A stretch of 64,000 nt of DNA from the human T2T-CHM13v2.0 reference genome, Homo sapiens. The stretch is taken from assembly GCF_009914755.1 (NCBI RefSeq), contig NC_060939.1; one strand, given 5' to 3'. How positions within the stretch are numbered: position 1 is the first letter of the stretch; each line of letters opens with the position of its first letter. The notes beneath the pieces are model-generated. The model saw only the letters and a program-made list of their open reading frames with translations, was not told the DNA's origin and did not search any database. The position numbers and the translations under genes were made by a program. Positions 20,847-36,009 of the stretch are shown one piece after another.

Positions 20847-22450
20847 TCAAAAATAGGAAGACATACTGTTTTTGCATAGAAAGGTGACACATCATAAAGG
20901 TAGCTGATTCTCTCTAAGTTTACAGATTAATTTAAACACCAATGGAACAGAATAGAAAGTCCAGAAATGGATTCCAATATATTTGGGAATTTAATAAGTG
21001 ATAAAGGTAATTAAAGTCAGTGAAGAAGAGATCAACTTTTCAACAAATGCTGCTGGAAGATTTTAAAAAGTCACTTTGAAATTACAAAGTAGGATCATAT
21101 CTCACATCATATACCAAGAAAAACTCCAAATGGAATAAAGATTTAAATGTAAAAAGCAAGGCCATGAATACACTAGAGGAAAAAACAAGCAAATTCCTTT
21201 ACAGCTTTAGAGCAGGGGCAAAGCTCTTCCAATTATGATTTAAAACCCTTTAGAAGCCATCAAAAAAAAAAAGGACCAATAAAGTCAATTTATAAATATA
21301 AACTTCTTAATGTTATTTTAAAAATAAACTGTGCATGGCAATAATCATGATAATAATGAGCAAAGTAAAAAATAAAAAGGAAAACCTAGCAAAATATTTG
21401 CAACTTGTATTACATATTAAATACTCCAAGTAACTTCAGGAATTTGATAAAAACTTGATCAAACTGATTTTAAAATGTACCCCAAAAAAGAAAGAAATAG
21501 ATCAAGATTCAAAAAATGAGCAAAGGATAGGACCAGGTAAGTTCACAGGAAAAGAAGTAAATACAAATGCTCCTTAAACACATGGAAGAATGATCAACTA
21601 CATTAAGACATAATTTTTATCTAACTGGCATACACCCCAAATCCTGAAAACGCACTATATCTGAAGCCGTATGAAACTAGGCACTTTCCACATTGTTGCT
21701 GAGGATGCAAACTGATACAATCTGGTGATATTTACCAAAACAACAGATGAATTTACCTTCTGACTCAGCAGTCCCTAACTAGAAACTGATTCTATACATA
21801 CACATTTCTAAATGACACAGCAGCATGTCTATAACAGCAACAGTTTGCAAACAACTCAAGTGTCCACTGGTAAGACTACAGAAATCAACAAGATTATATC
21901 CACACAATATTACGAGTTGTCTAAAAGGAAAAAGTGTGGAAGCCCTTTATGTAGTAATATGGAAATTATGAAAATGTCTCCAAGATACACTGTTAAGTGA
22001 GCAAAGCAGAGAACAGAGTAGATATGCTCTTTTATGTAAAGAAAGAACAAAAATAAGATATATACTTCTATTTACTTATAATGAAGTGAAAAAACTCTGG
22101 AAGACAAGAAATTACTCAAAGTGGGAGAGGTATGGGGGAGAGGAGAAGTCAAGGAGAAGCAGAGGTGAAATGAGACTTTTACATTGTATATAATCTTTTT
22201 TTAAAAATCTCTTTTACTTTTCAACCTATTCCATAAAATAAAGCCGTTTTAAAAGATTTCAAGTTTTTGGATTCTTTCCATCATTTAAAATTAGACCTAT
22301 ACCAGACTAAAGAAATGATCTATATTACCCAATGTTAAAACACCAGAAGAATGTTTAAAACTCCTGTAATTAAACAGCATGGTATAGGTGCAAAAATATG
22401 ATAAACTGAACAAAACAAGTAGCCCCAAAATAACATATAAGAAATCAGTA

Positions 22451-22749
<299 letters not shown>

Positions 22750-23511
22750 GAAAGAAATCACCAAATCACTAAAATGGAAACACAAACCAGGGAAAGAATG
22801 TTAGGATAACTGGTTAACTACTTTGAAAATTTTGTTTTACCATGGATCAAAATAAATCTCAGATAAAAATGCCCTGAAATATTATATTATAAAAAGTAGC
22901 AGAACATACAGGTCAATATTTATTTGATTTCTAAAAGATGTTTAGAGCCTAAAAACAATCAGAAATTGCAAATAGGGAAAAACATTTTGACTTAAAAAGA
23001 CTCTGCATCTCAAAAATCAAACAAATCAAAAATCAAACAAATACACTTAAGTAAAGTACAAGGATAACAAAGCATCAGAAGTAGAAAGCAAATACATTGT
23101 CAAACATGTGGCTCCAGTTCTTTGGTGCCATATATATTTGCAAAGTTTTCTTTTTTGTTCTTTTAACATTCCTCATCAAGTTTTGAGAAAGAGATAAAAT
23201 GTTTTTCATCTCAGTATTATTTCCTCTCTAGTGAGCTACTGATACCAAAACCAATAGTACTGAAACTGTAAACATGGGTAGGACTAGCAATTACAGTCTC
23301 AACAGAAAATTTCAGCCCGTATGTAAATATTAGGTAGAATTCATTTATCTAATCTACATAAATGATTCCCCTTTTAGCTCTTTTGTTTTTAATCAAATGA
23401 AGTTAGACTGCCTCACAAGCTTGCCATAAATGATTTATTTTTGCAATAACCACATGGAAGAGTGAATTATTTTTTTTTGACAGCCTAATTAATGTTAAGG
23501 TACATATGAAG

Positions 23512-24842
23512 TACAGGTTGAGTTATTCCTTATCTGAAATGCTTGGGACCAGAAGTGTTTTGAATTTCAGACTTTTTCAGATTCTGGAATATCTGCATAT
23601 ACATACTGAGGTACCTTGGGGATGGGATCCAAGACTAAACACGAAATTCACTTGTGTTTCACATACACCTTATGCACATAGCCGGAAGGTAATTTCATAC
23701 ATTATTTTAAATAACTGTATGCATTAAACAAAGTTGTGTTAAGTACTTATGTGTAGAATTTTCTACTTGTGGTATCATGGCACTAAAAAAGTTTCGTATT
23801 TTTCAATTAAAAAATGGGCAAATGATTTGAACAGTCATTTCTCAAGAGAAGGCATACATGAAAAAATGCTCAGCATCACTAATCATCAGGGAAATGCATA
23901 TCAAAACCATAATGAGGTATTTTCTCATCTCAGAATGCCTATTCTCAAAAAGACAAAAAAAAATGCTGGTATGCTGGTGAGGATGCAGAGAAAAGGAAAC
24001 TCGTATACACATTGATCTTGGGAATGTAAATTAGTATGACCACTACAGAAAATAGTATAAAGTTTTCTCAAAAACTAAAAAAGAACTGCCATATGATCCA
24101 GCAATCCCACTACTAAATCCAAAGAAAAGGCCATCAGTATGTTAAAGAGATATCTGCCTCTCTTCTTTATTGCAGCATTATTCACAATAGCCAAGATATG
24201 AAATCAACTTAAGTGTCCATCAGCAGATGAATGGATGAAGAAATGTGGTATATATAAACAAGGGAATACTATTCAGCCATAAAAAGAACAAAATCCTGTC
24301 ATTCACAGCAACATGGATGAGCCTAGAGGACAATATGTTAAGTGAAATAAGCAAGGCACAGAAAGATAAATAACACACGTTGTCACTCACATGTGGAAGC
24401 TAAAAAAGTTGATCTTACAAGTAGAGAGTAGAATAATGGTTACCAGAGGCTGGGAAGGGTTGAGGGAGAGGGATAGGGAAAGGTTGGTCAACAAATGCAA
24501 AATTACAGTTACATAGAGGGAATAAATTCTAGTGTTCTATAGCCCTGGTAGAGTGACTACAGTTAACAATAATTTAATGTTTATTTTCAAATAGGGGACA
24601 GGATTCTGAATGTTCCCAAAACAAAGAAATGATCTATGTTTGAGATGATGGATATGGTAATCACCCTGATTTGATCATTACACATTATATACATATATCA
24701 ATATATCACACTATACTTTATAACTATGTACAGTTATCATGTGTCGACTAGAAAGAAAAAAGTTTCAGATGCTCTAAAATCCCAATCCCAAATCCAAAAT
24801 GCTCTAAAATCTGAAACTTTTTTCTTGGATGCTCAACCTGTA
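23512..24842. mobile_element. Tigger4/MER46-type DNA transposon split by an L1M 3' fragment (~23800-24760, +)
   Basis: TIRs tacaggttgag ... ctcaacctgta; internal L1 3' sequence. Confidence 0.75.
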
Positions 24843-25599
24843 TTTCATTCCAGGGAGGCAAAGGAACAGGCAAAGAGTTAGTATATTTAACCCATTAGTA
24901 ACTTGCTCCTATTTAAGTTTATTCACAGATGAACATGTCCATATAGTCATATGATAGTTTTAATTCCTTAAATAGAGTTAAGGAATCCAAGAAGGCCATC
25001 TGAAAAATGAAAAGGAAAAATAATGACCATTAAACAACTCCCTGATTTTACAGCCAACCAAAGCAGGAAGATACAGTTATGGGTAGTTCATGGCAGTGCA
25101 CAGCCTGCTCTACTGTACTGCAGTTACACCTTGTTCCTCTGGGCCTCAGGAAACTGCTCTGTCTGACTACCTCATGGCAAGCCATCACTATGGCACTGCC
25201 ATTAGCACAAAAGGGTATTTACAGTCAAGTAAAGACACGTGGACAAGGCTACAATCCTTAAGATCAAAGAATCAATATTTAAAGCACAAAATGCTTTTGA
25301 ATTTTTATGTGGGAAAAAGACATGGCAAATGAAACAGGATTAAAGGGCATCCTTTTTTAACATATAAAATATTTAAATATACAGAAATGTAGAAAAATGG
25401 TACCATATATACCCACTCAACACTTTGCCATTTTGTTTCATTATTTAAGTAAGTTTATTAGCTAAGCCATTTTAAAGTTACACATGATAGTTCACTTCCA
25501 AATCACTCCATGTGCATATCCACTACACCACTGTAACTAACAAATCTAAAATGACTCATCTCATACCTAATCAATTTTCTCCAACCTAATTCGAATTAC

Positions 25600-25715
25600 C
25601 TGTGAATTATTTCTTTGTTCAGTTTGCCTTCCACCTCTAGAAAATGTCTGATTTTTTTCCATCCAAGGTTTTTTCTGAGTTGCCTGGCAAGTTACATTGG
25701 ACCAATTTACACCAC
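25600..25715 (-). CDS. SECISBP2L: SECISBP2L exon 7 (GVNWSNVTCQ...QRNNSQ)
   Basis: tatag acceptor, CAG|GTAAT donor, 116 nt open frame. Confidence 0.93.
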
Positions 25716-25822
25716 CTATAACAAATGAAATTTTAAATTATAATTTACTTATAAAAGGTAGGAAAACCTAAATTGACCTGACTTCACATACTGAAATTCA
25801 GTCACTAGAAATGTAATAGTGA

Positions 25823-26143
<321 letters not shown>

Positions 26144-26378
26144 CTATAAACTTCTAAGCAGTACTACAGCTCTTAGTAATACAAGTGTCCTCTTACAGAA
26201 TACCTCCAGCTGGCATTTTCTCAAGCTGATCAGCAAAACTGTACTTCCAAATTACCTTGAATCTCTGGAAGACTTCTAAGTTTTTTTTGCAGTATCAGCA
26301 AGCCTCATGCTTAAAAGGAAAACTCTGATATGGACAAAGTAGAAAGTATAGCAAAAACACAATGCAGAAAACAAGTAC

Positions 26379-26403
26379 CTGCACACATAGATGATTCCAC
26401 ATG
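26379..26403 (-). CDS. SECISBP2L: SECISBP2L exon 6, 25-nt microexon (HVESSMCA-G)
   Basis: ctttttttag acceptor, CAG|GTACT donor; needed to join phase-0 exon 5 to phase-1 exon 7. Confidence 0.9.
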
Positions 26404-26687
26404 CTAAAAAAAGAAACAAAAAGACAATTATACTCTACTTGAGAACCAACATTATGTACTTTGCTAAATGTTTTATAATTTATCCTAGTGTGAAGCATGC
26501 ATATCACAATATTATCATACTTCTTCATAAATGAATATTTTTATTAATAAAATACAAAATACATTTGTAACTATCCTATTACTACAGGAATTGCTAATGA
26601 AAACAGATACTTAAGCTTTAGCAGAGGATGCAAAATAATAATACTGATATCAATGACCAATAAAGAAATCAAGACGATGTCACATAC

Positions 26688-26917
26688 ATTCATGGTCCCA
26701 GAATCAGGATTTCTCAAAGCCCCTGCTGCAGGCTGGTTGTTGCTGTGTTTGGGACTGCAGTAACCACTATCACTGTCAATGTCGGCTTCACTAGCCCCCT
26801 GCTCACTAGAAGATTCAGCAGTAGGGTGGGATGCTCTTCTTCTCCTGCCCTTGGACTTCCAGAGCATTGTTGCAGTGGTCTCTGAGAGAGACTTGTTAGC
26901 GATATCTGATGGGAAAT
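26688..26917 (-). CDS. SECISBP2L: SECISBP2L exon 5 (DFPSDIANK...DSGTMN)
   Basis: tttgtag acceptor, AAT|GTATGT donor, 230 nt. Confidence 0.95.
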
Positions 26918-27006
26918 CTACAAAGGCAAGGAAAGTTTGACAATTCTTTGTGATGAACAAATTGATAAATTCTCATTAAATCATCATTAAGATTGTAAGA
27001 AAATAG

Positions 27007-27388
<382 letters not shown>

Positions 27389-29090
27389 TATATGTTCTAT
27401 ATGTTTTTTATTATGAAAATAGAATAAAATATATCACTAAAATACTAAAACCACCATCAACCATTTAGGAAAGAGAACATCGTCAATCTTTTGAAGGTCA
27501 CTGTGTGCTCCCCTCCACTACTATACCGTTTTCTTACCCAGAGCTTACAATCTATTCTGAATTCTGCGCATATCATTCCCTCACTTTTCTTTACGCATTT
27601 GCCATGGATTTCTGTATTTCTAAAACCTAAATCATATAATTTTCCAGTTTCTAACTTTATTTTAAAACGCCACTTTATCCATGTGACTTCTCACCCCTGC
27701 CACACCTCAACACTGGCTTTCAGATTCTGGTGCATGTGATTCATGCCTTTACATGAATATACCACAGTGTACTTATCCTTTGTACCACTGATGAGACACC
27801 TGAGTTGTTTTGGAGTTTTGCTACTAAGAACAATAGTACTGTTGACATTGATACACAGACACATGAACATGCATATATGCATATGTAAGTTTCTCTAAGG
27901 TAAATACTGCAAGAACTTAGGGGATGCACATATCCAACTTTACTTGATGCCAAATCATTTTCACAGGTACTTAATAGACAGTTATACTCCAACAGTAGTA
28001 TATACCCCCAATGATCCACATATTCATTAAATACTTTACATTATCATCCAGACTGTACCTAATCTGTTGGTTATAAAATGGTGGCTCATTGTGGGTTTTA
28101 ATTTGTATGTACCTGCTTAATAATGAGGCTGATCTTTTTTTTTTTTTTTACTTTTAGCCACAGTGTTTTCCCTTCTGAGAAATTTTTATTAATATTACTT
28201 TTGAATTATCTGACTTCTGCCATTTTTCAACTGAGTTGTATTTCTTATTTACTTCACAAATCATAACTGTACCAAGACAGTCCAAAAAAAAAAACAAAAA
28301 ACAAGACTCTCTTTGAACAAATTACAAGTTTTCCTTTTTCCACATTTCTGCCGATTCATAATTTTTATACAACACTGATACAATTTTGAGTTGTGCTCTG
28401 CTTAATATGATGTCATGTCATGACAAGTCTTCATAATTATAAGATGACTCCATATTATTCCATTGAGTGGGTGTCCTGTACTTAGAGTAGTATCCAAGCA
28501 GGACTTGTTACCTGCTACTAGTGGACACTATGAAAGCTTCAGTACTTTTGCTGCACTGCTGCAATATGCATCTTTAATCAAATACCCCCTCTCTTTCTAG
28601 GGGGAGGCTCCATTTGGATACATTCATAGGAATGAGATGACTGCGTCCAAAGAAAAATTCCCATATTCCCGCAAAATTGTTCAGCCTGCTAGCACAGTGT
28701 TCCACGGGCCCCAAGGACAGGGTGGGATCATTCTCTTATTGATTCATATTAATTCTTTATATATCTCATGCTAATCCTTTGTCAGTTATATACATGGTAA
28801 AAGTCTTTTCCAAGTTGGGGATTATTCTTTCACTAACTTTTAATAAATAGAAATTCTTGATTTTAGAAATAGTTCCCTCCCTGCAGTCATAAAGTTATCT
28901 GCCTATATTTCTTCTACCATAGGGTTTCCCTAAGTCTTTAATCAATCTGAAATAGATTTGCATGGGGCATAAATCAGTAATGCTATCTGTCATCTTCCAT
29001 ATACATGTTTTCATACACATGTGGGGTCTGTTTCTGGGCTCTCTGTTCTGTTCAACTTTTGTATTCTGCATTGACAAAATAAACCTATAG

Positions 29091-29584
<494 letters not shown>

Positions 29585-31200
29585 TATTCTTACCATTTTC
29601 TGCCTATACATCCCATATGTCTTCTCTAAGATTTCTAGAAACTCTCTTTTTCAGTGTTATTGTTAATGACATCTTTTTTTTAAATTTTGTGGGTGGCAAA
29701 CTGAAATGCAATTAACTTTTGTATATTATATTAGATCCAGCTATCTTATTATAAACTCTTATTAAATAATGAGCTTGTGTTCAAATGTAAAAATCTGTTA
29801 GAAATGGAAAGACATTCCTAATGAACTATAATATTTAATTCGATCTCTGATTGATACCAATTAATCCTCAGAAATTAAAAACTTAACTGAAGACTAAAAA
29901 TACTGACAGAATTAAAATCCTCAGATTTGAAAACTAAAAATAAAAATACTAATAGGATGTATAATATATAACATTCTATTCAAATTTCACCTTCATCTTT
30001 TCATTTTCTAATTCCTGTGCCTTAGAAAGAATGTCTTTGTGGTTAAAATAATAAGCAACGTAAAGAAGTAAGGATATTTTAAAGCCTTCCCAGGGTTAAA
30101 AGCACATAGAAATGGGTCACTATGACTAGAGACAACCAAACCAGAAAACTTAGTAATATATTACATTATGATTCTTTTCCATAGCCACTCCAAGTATTTG
30201 TCAGTCTGTTAATCTCAAAGCTTCATGCCTTTATGCTTTAACCACACAATGACTGTACTATCAACAAGGCTTTTAAAACTGATTTTCAGATCCTTTCTCT
30301 GCTCCTAATGGATCTAAGCAACCGTAAAAAGATACATAGATCTCCAAAAGAAAGGGTATAATCTAAATGAAAAAAGTATAAGCCATCTTATTCATTTCAA
30401 CTCAGACTTCATTTGAATGGAGGCTGTACAGAGATAAAAAAGCTAATTCTGCCTTTGAACAGATCTTGGCCTTGGATCACAAACAAAGATTTTTTACTAG
30501 TGTCAATAACTATGGGTGAGAGGAGATAAACATCTACTCTACAGATAGTTTCTGTACTGAGATCAAAGATACAAAGTGAAATTTCAAAATATAAACTGTA
30601 AAAAATAGCACATTGTAAGAATACTAATTCTTGTCTATTACCAGGTGAAAGCTTTTTTATTTAATGCCTGTACAGTCCTCTAAAAATTTTTGACAAAATG
30701 ATATTTGACTAGTTCAAAACTTGTACTTGTTTAACAGGATATACATGACATACATAGGTTTGGTTCAGATCTATGCTAAAATATGGCATAGAAAACTTCC
30801 TAAGTTCTTTCTACAAAGATATATAGGATATTAGGATGTTTTATAAAGGGCTTTAATCTAGTTATAAAAACATGTACAATTTTAATTTTAACCAAAATGA
30901 GTTCCTCAAATTTCTACAGTATCTGCAAAATTCCATCTCTGATTTCTGAACCGCTCCATTATTACAAAAGGAAAGGACATCTTAAACCCGCCCAAAATTG
31001 TACATAAGGCCAGCAAGCAAATTGAAAGAACATTAAGGACACAGATTGCTTTATCCTTCCTAGAGAATTTCACAAAGTGGCAGGACAAATGAAAGGATGA
31101 AAGTCTACAATTCTGACAAGTGGTTCAGACCACAATTATAAAGTGAATGAATGAAAACAGATAAAAATCAGTGACGCACATGTAAGAACCCTTGCCTTAC

Positions 31201-31336
31201 CAGTTTGCTGTGAAGCATCTACCAGAAGCACAATTTTTGATCGACTATCAGGACCTGCTGCATTTGTTTCTTTCTGAGTAGCTACATTTTTCACCAGCGG
31301 CCTTTTGCTTTTTATGTGCTGTTGTAACAGCTGTTG
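31201..31336 (-). CDS. SECISBP2L: SECISBP2L exon 4 (QQLLQQHIK...DASQQT)
   Basis: T-rich tract plus cag acceptor, G|GTAAG donor, 136 nt. Confidence 0.94.
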
Positions 31337-31792
31337 CTGATTTAAAAAAAAAACAAAAAAACAAAAAACACACAACTATTCAATGTACTGAACATTATAA
31401 AAAACACATCTAAAATAAACATTATAAAATACACATCTTAAGTGTATGTTCACAATTCTTGGCTTCCATGGGGAAATAGTACTAGGGTTTCATGAAATGC
31501 CTGCAGCAAAGCATACGAGGCTAAACAATGTATTATACACACATATATACACTTTTTCAAATAATAATTAACACAAGTATGATTAATAAATGAATTCATT
31601 TTTAACTGCTAATTTTCTCAGTCAAAAAAATAATTAATAGCAGGGGTATAATAATGTCATACAAGGGGTTGTAAATTTCTTTAAAAGGGTAGTAACCTAT
31701 CCCAAAGTAAATTTTAGTTTCAGAAAAGCAATGACATGAAAAATGGTTTCTGCTTCAGAGTTCAAAATGAAAATATAAAAAAGCTGATCATG

Positions 31793-32088
31793 GCAGGGCA
31801 CAGTGGTTCACACCTATAATCCCAAACTCCTGGGCTCCTAGGCTGAAAGATCACTTGAGGTCAGGAGTTTGGGACCAGCCTGGGCAACACAGAGACCCCC
31901 AATCGCTACAAAACAAACAAACAAACAAAAAAACAAAGGCATCGGTAGTCTTAGCTACCCAGGAAGCTAAGGCAGGAGGATCACTTGAGCCCAGGCGTTT
32001 GAGATTACAGTGAGCAATGATTGCTCTACTGTACTCCAGTCTGGCTGACAGAGACCGACCCTGTCAATCAATCAATCAATCAATCAAT
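31793..32088 (+). mobile_element. AluJ with (TCAA)n tail
   Basis: Diverged Alu. Confidence 0.8.
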
Positions 32089-32901
32089 ATTAATAAACTG
32101 ATCTCTTCCTTTACTTTTAAAAATATAAGTATTCATCACTTAATAGCAACTTACACAATAGAACTCTGAATTTATTTAACTTCTTGAACGTCTGAAATTG
32201 AAGTGCTGGGAATGTATTCTAAGAAATCATGTTCCTTAAACATCTGTAAATTATATACTACTATCTTATTTCCAACACTTTTTTTTTTCATTCTGAGTTC
32301 CCGAAAAGATATTTCTTGACCAAGAAAGTTTCCATGAACAAAAACTAAAAGCTTTTTAAAGCAATCTCTGCTGCTTGTATTTCAATTTTTAGAAATTATA
32401 CGAGGAGGCAGCAAAGACTTCACTGAAGAAGTTGGGCTAATGTAATCTAGGGAAAGCATCAACTCCTTGATGATGTACTCATAAGATATGTCTAAGATGT
32501 CCCTCTTCTATCAGCTCAAAAGTGCCAACTAGAAACACATTCTTTCTTCCCATTAGCTTTGACAATAAGGCTTCAACTGTAAAATAGCCTTTTAAGTTAA
32601 AAAGTTAACTAAAATTAAACCTTAATTCTCTTGTGATTCAAAGCCTTCATTTCTTTCTTTTTTTTTTTTTACTTAGTCAAAAGGCTCGTACTGAGTAAGT
32701 GGTTTCACATATTTATCTTCCATTTTCTTCAGTCCTAGGAGACCCTTGTTCATATAAAAGTAAAGCACCTCTTAAATAACAAAGTGCTATTCCTACTAAA
32801 AATTCACAGAGTAGAAACAATAAAGTTGAAGCGATCTAATGAACCACAAATGTTCTTTTCCATAATGTCTCCAGCTAACTTTTGAAGATTGAAAGTATAT
32901 C

Positions 32902-33205
32902 TTTTGTTTTTTTTTTTTTTTTTTTTGAGACAGGGTGTCACTCTGTCACCTACGCTGGAGTGTAGTGGTGCTATCTCAGTTCACTGCAGTCTTGACCTCC
33001 TGGGCTCAAGCGATCTTCCCACCTCAGCCCCCAAGTAGCTGGAGCTACAGGCATGCACTAACATACCCAGCTAATTTTTGTATTTTTGGTAGAGATGGGG
33101 TTTCGCATGTTGCCCAGACTGGTCTCAAACTCTTGGGCTCAAGCGACTAGCCTGCCTCGGCCTCCCAAAGTGCTGGGATTATAGGTGTGGCCACTACACC
33201 TGGCC
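32902..33205 (-). mobile_element. AluJ
   Basis: Reverse Alu. Confidence 0.85.
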
Positions 33206-33577
33206 CATTGAAATATCTTGAAGTGCATTAGCCATTCAACACAGCTAGCACAAGATCCACACTAATCACTTACAAATGTTAGTGTCACCATGCAATTTTT
33301 ATCACTAAATTTATTTGTAAATATTTCTGCCTTATGTTATGTAAAACTCTCTAAAGGAATGTGAAAATGATTATAAATCATATCACAATTAAGAATGAGG
33401 AACAAACAACACAAAGAAAATTATTTTAAGAATTACATACCCTTTACCATTTTACAATAGTGAACAATATGTTTTATAGTAAATTCAGCATTAATGGTCA
33501 ATCAACCCAAGTAGCAAATTGCTTATACTAATATAAGTAATATCAAATTTAAAAGCCAATCAAGACCAGACACTTAC

Positions 33578-33902
33578 TTTTGGGACCACTGATCCTCTGT
33601 TACTGTTTCTGCTTCGATGGCTGGACAATGGGAAGACCTGTCCAAGCTGACTTGGACGCTCAGTGCATTCTGTGGTGATAGCATTTACAGTATTTGCAGC
33701 CTGAAAGGTGTTGGAGTAAGGTGTAGGAAAAGGATGATAGAAACCCATAACCTGGGCACATGGTGCTGGCATCAGCTGATAATATGTATACTCTGTAGAA
33801 ACAGGCGGCTGAGCAGATATAATGGGATAGGCAAAGTATGGTCCAGTAGGGTTTGGATTGGGTTGTTGCCATCGTATATCATTGTTATATAAAGGAAACT
33901 GT
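33578..33902 (-). CDS. SECISBP2L: SECISBP2L exon 3 (QFPLYNND...GSVVPK)
   Basis: ttttgcag acceptor, AAA|GTAAGT donor, 325 nt. Confidence 0.96.
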
Positions 33903-35830
33903 CTGCAAAACCAAATCAAAGAAGAACAAATCTATTGACAAGTCTAAAAATACCACTAAAGCAAAATCTCTTAACTTACACTAATAAAAGACAAAACAGA
34001 ACAGTGGCTTCATGATAATTTTGGGAAAGGAGACAAAACTATCATCATCTTATAAATTTCTTTGCTATAGAGATCATTATGTACATGCAGTAACAATGTA
34101 AACAACAGTATAAACGAACCCAACCTGATGGTTTTACAGTATTCCACATACCAGCATTGTCTGTAACTCTGCCTTCCAATTCCTCAAGATATTTCTGCCT
34201 AAAAGTTAAACACCTAGCTACTGTATCTACCAACAATGGCAGTCCAAAGTTCCCATTCAAGGTACACAGCCGTGACAGCCTTCTGTAAAGAACAGAGTAA
34301 AGTGACCATTGTGTAAGGTGATCTTTACATAGGGTGATTTAATTCCTCATTTTCAGCTCAATCTCAGAGCCTCCTACTCCTCCTCTCATACTCCCCTAAT
34401 CACTTGGCCAAGTCCAGCTCTTTTCCTGGCTCCCCTCCTGGCAATAGAAGCAGGCTCTGGGTCCAAGGGAAAGAAGAGAAGAGGCAAATCTGTCCACTGA
34501 CATCTTCAGGAGTGGAGCTTCTTCTAATGCAGTTCATATAAAACACTAGCAAAATTCTTCCTGTCCCAGCAGCCCCCTCACCAAATCAATATGGGGTCCT
34601 AAGGACTAGGGAGTTGAAGCATAGGGCTTTTCCTCATTACTCCCATGACAAAGCAAAATAGTAAAATGTTCACGGCCATATTCTTAAAAATATTTTTTAA
34701 ATAATCTGTTGGCTGGTTTACTCATAAATTCACAAAGATTATTTGGTAAACCAAGAAAATCAATTAAGTTTATCATACTGTATACTTGGCCATTTTTTCA
34801 AATAGAAAAATAGTATTATTAAATTTAGTTTCATGAATCAGTTTGCACATTATCCAATATAGGCAAAGATATTTAATATCATGCTAACTTCAATTGAAAA
34901 TGATTCCTTAGTTTCTACTATTTGTCTAACCCTCAAGACTCTTGATTAAGAGCCTCAGAATATTAACTTGAACATTTAATATTTGAGTAGTTGAATGGCC
35001 TTATATACCATACATCCACAATTTCTCAAAGAATGTGCACTGGCACACTAATGTGCAACAGTGGTTTATAGATGGGTGGAAATATTGATTGACTCAGCCC
35101 TCAGGAATGACAGAGCCTATAGCCAGTTAACAGCTGCCTCATCCATTTACAGTCCTAGAAAAACGAAATTTTCTGTGTGACATAACTTGAAAAAGGCTGA
35201 AAGTACTTTTATACAGCCATAAAATAAACTATACCAATGAAGTGCTAATCACTCAGACAGTATAAGCAGGGTTAGAATGGCTATCACGACTATCATAAGT
35301 AACACCCTAACCACTAGGTTACACATGACCTAATTGCGGGCAATTTTGCTAAATCATCCTGTAACTATAGCACAGACATAAATTTAAACTAAAATCTGAG
35401 TCTAGAAATACTAATATATGCTAACCATGACAGCTTCAAAGTTAAGGACTATTGCTTGGTATTTTCTTTTACACCAGAGACTGTCTTGGCAACTATGAGA
35501 TTAGATGTTCAATCTCAAAAAAAAAAAAAAAAAAAAAAAAAAAGGTTTTTGTTCACCTCTGAATATTTTATTTCTCCCTTTGAGCTGACTTACTTCAAAT
35601 AAATTTCAATGACTTACTGAAGGAGACATAGCCTAAGAATTCAATTTTCTCTTAGAAAAAATGAGAAACTAATCCATATCAACAATTTCCAAATTTCAGT
35701 ATCATTTTATTTACTCCTCTTAATAGAGAAATGGTTAAAGTCTAAAAGTTGCAAAGGAAAAATATTAAGTGCACTTTGCCAGCTTTTATAGCCACCCCCA
35801 CAAAAAAGAAAATAAAAATAAACAAATTAC

Positions 35831-36009
35831 CTATTGGACTGGTTTTCCTGCACAAATGGGTAACAAGTAATCAGGTAGCTGGGAATTGGAGTTGGTTCCA
35901 CACCAGAAACACTTCCATTATCATTTGGGAGAGCCATAGGGATCATAAATGTATCAGGACTCTTCTTCTGGGGAATAAATGGCTCCACCTCAGCTGACAG
36001 CTTGACATT
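35831..36009 (-). CDS. SECISBP2L: SECISBP2L exon 2 (NVKLSAEVEPFIP...QENQSNR)
   Basis: ctctttgaag acceptor, AG|GTAAT donor, 179 nt, phase consistent. Confidence 0.96.

Noticed and set aside
35517-35543. Isolated long poly-A run
   Set aside because: No TSD or retroelement body; a simple mononucleotide repeat
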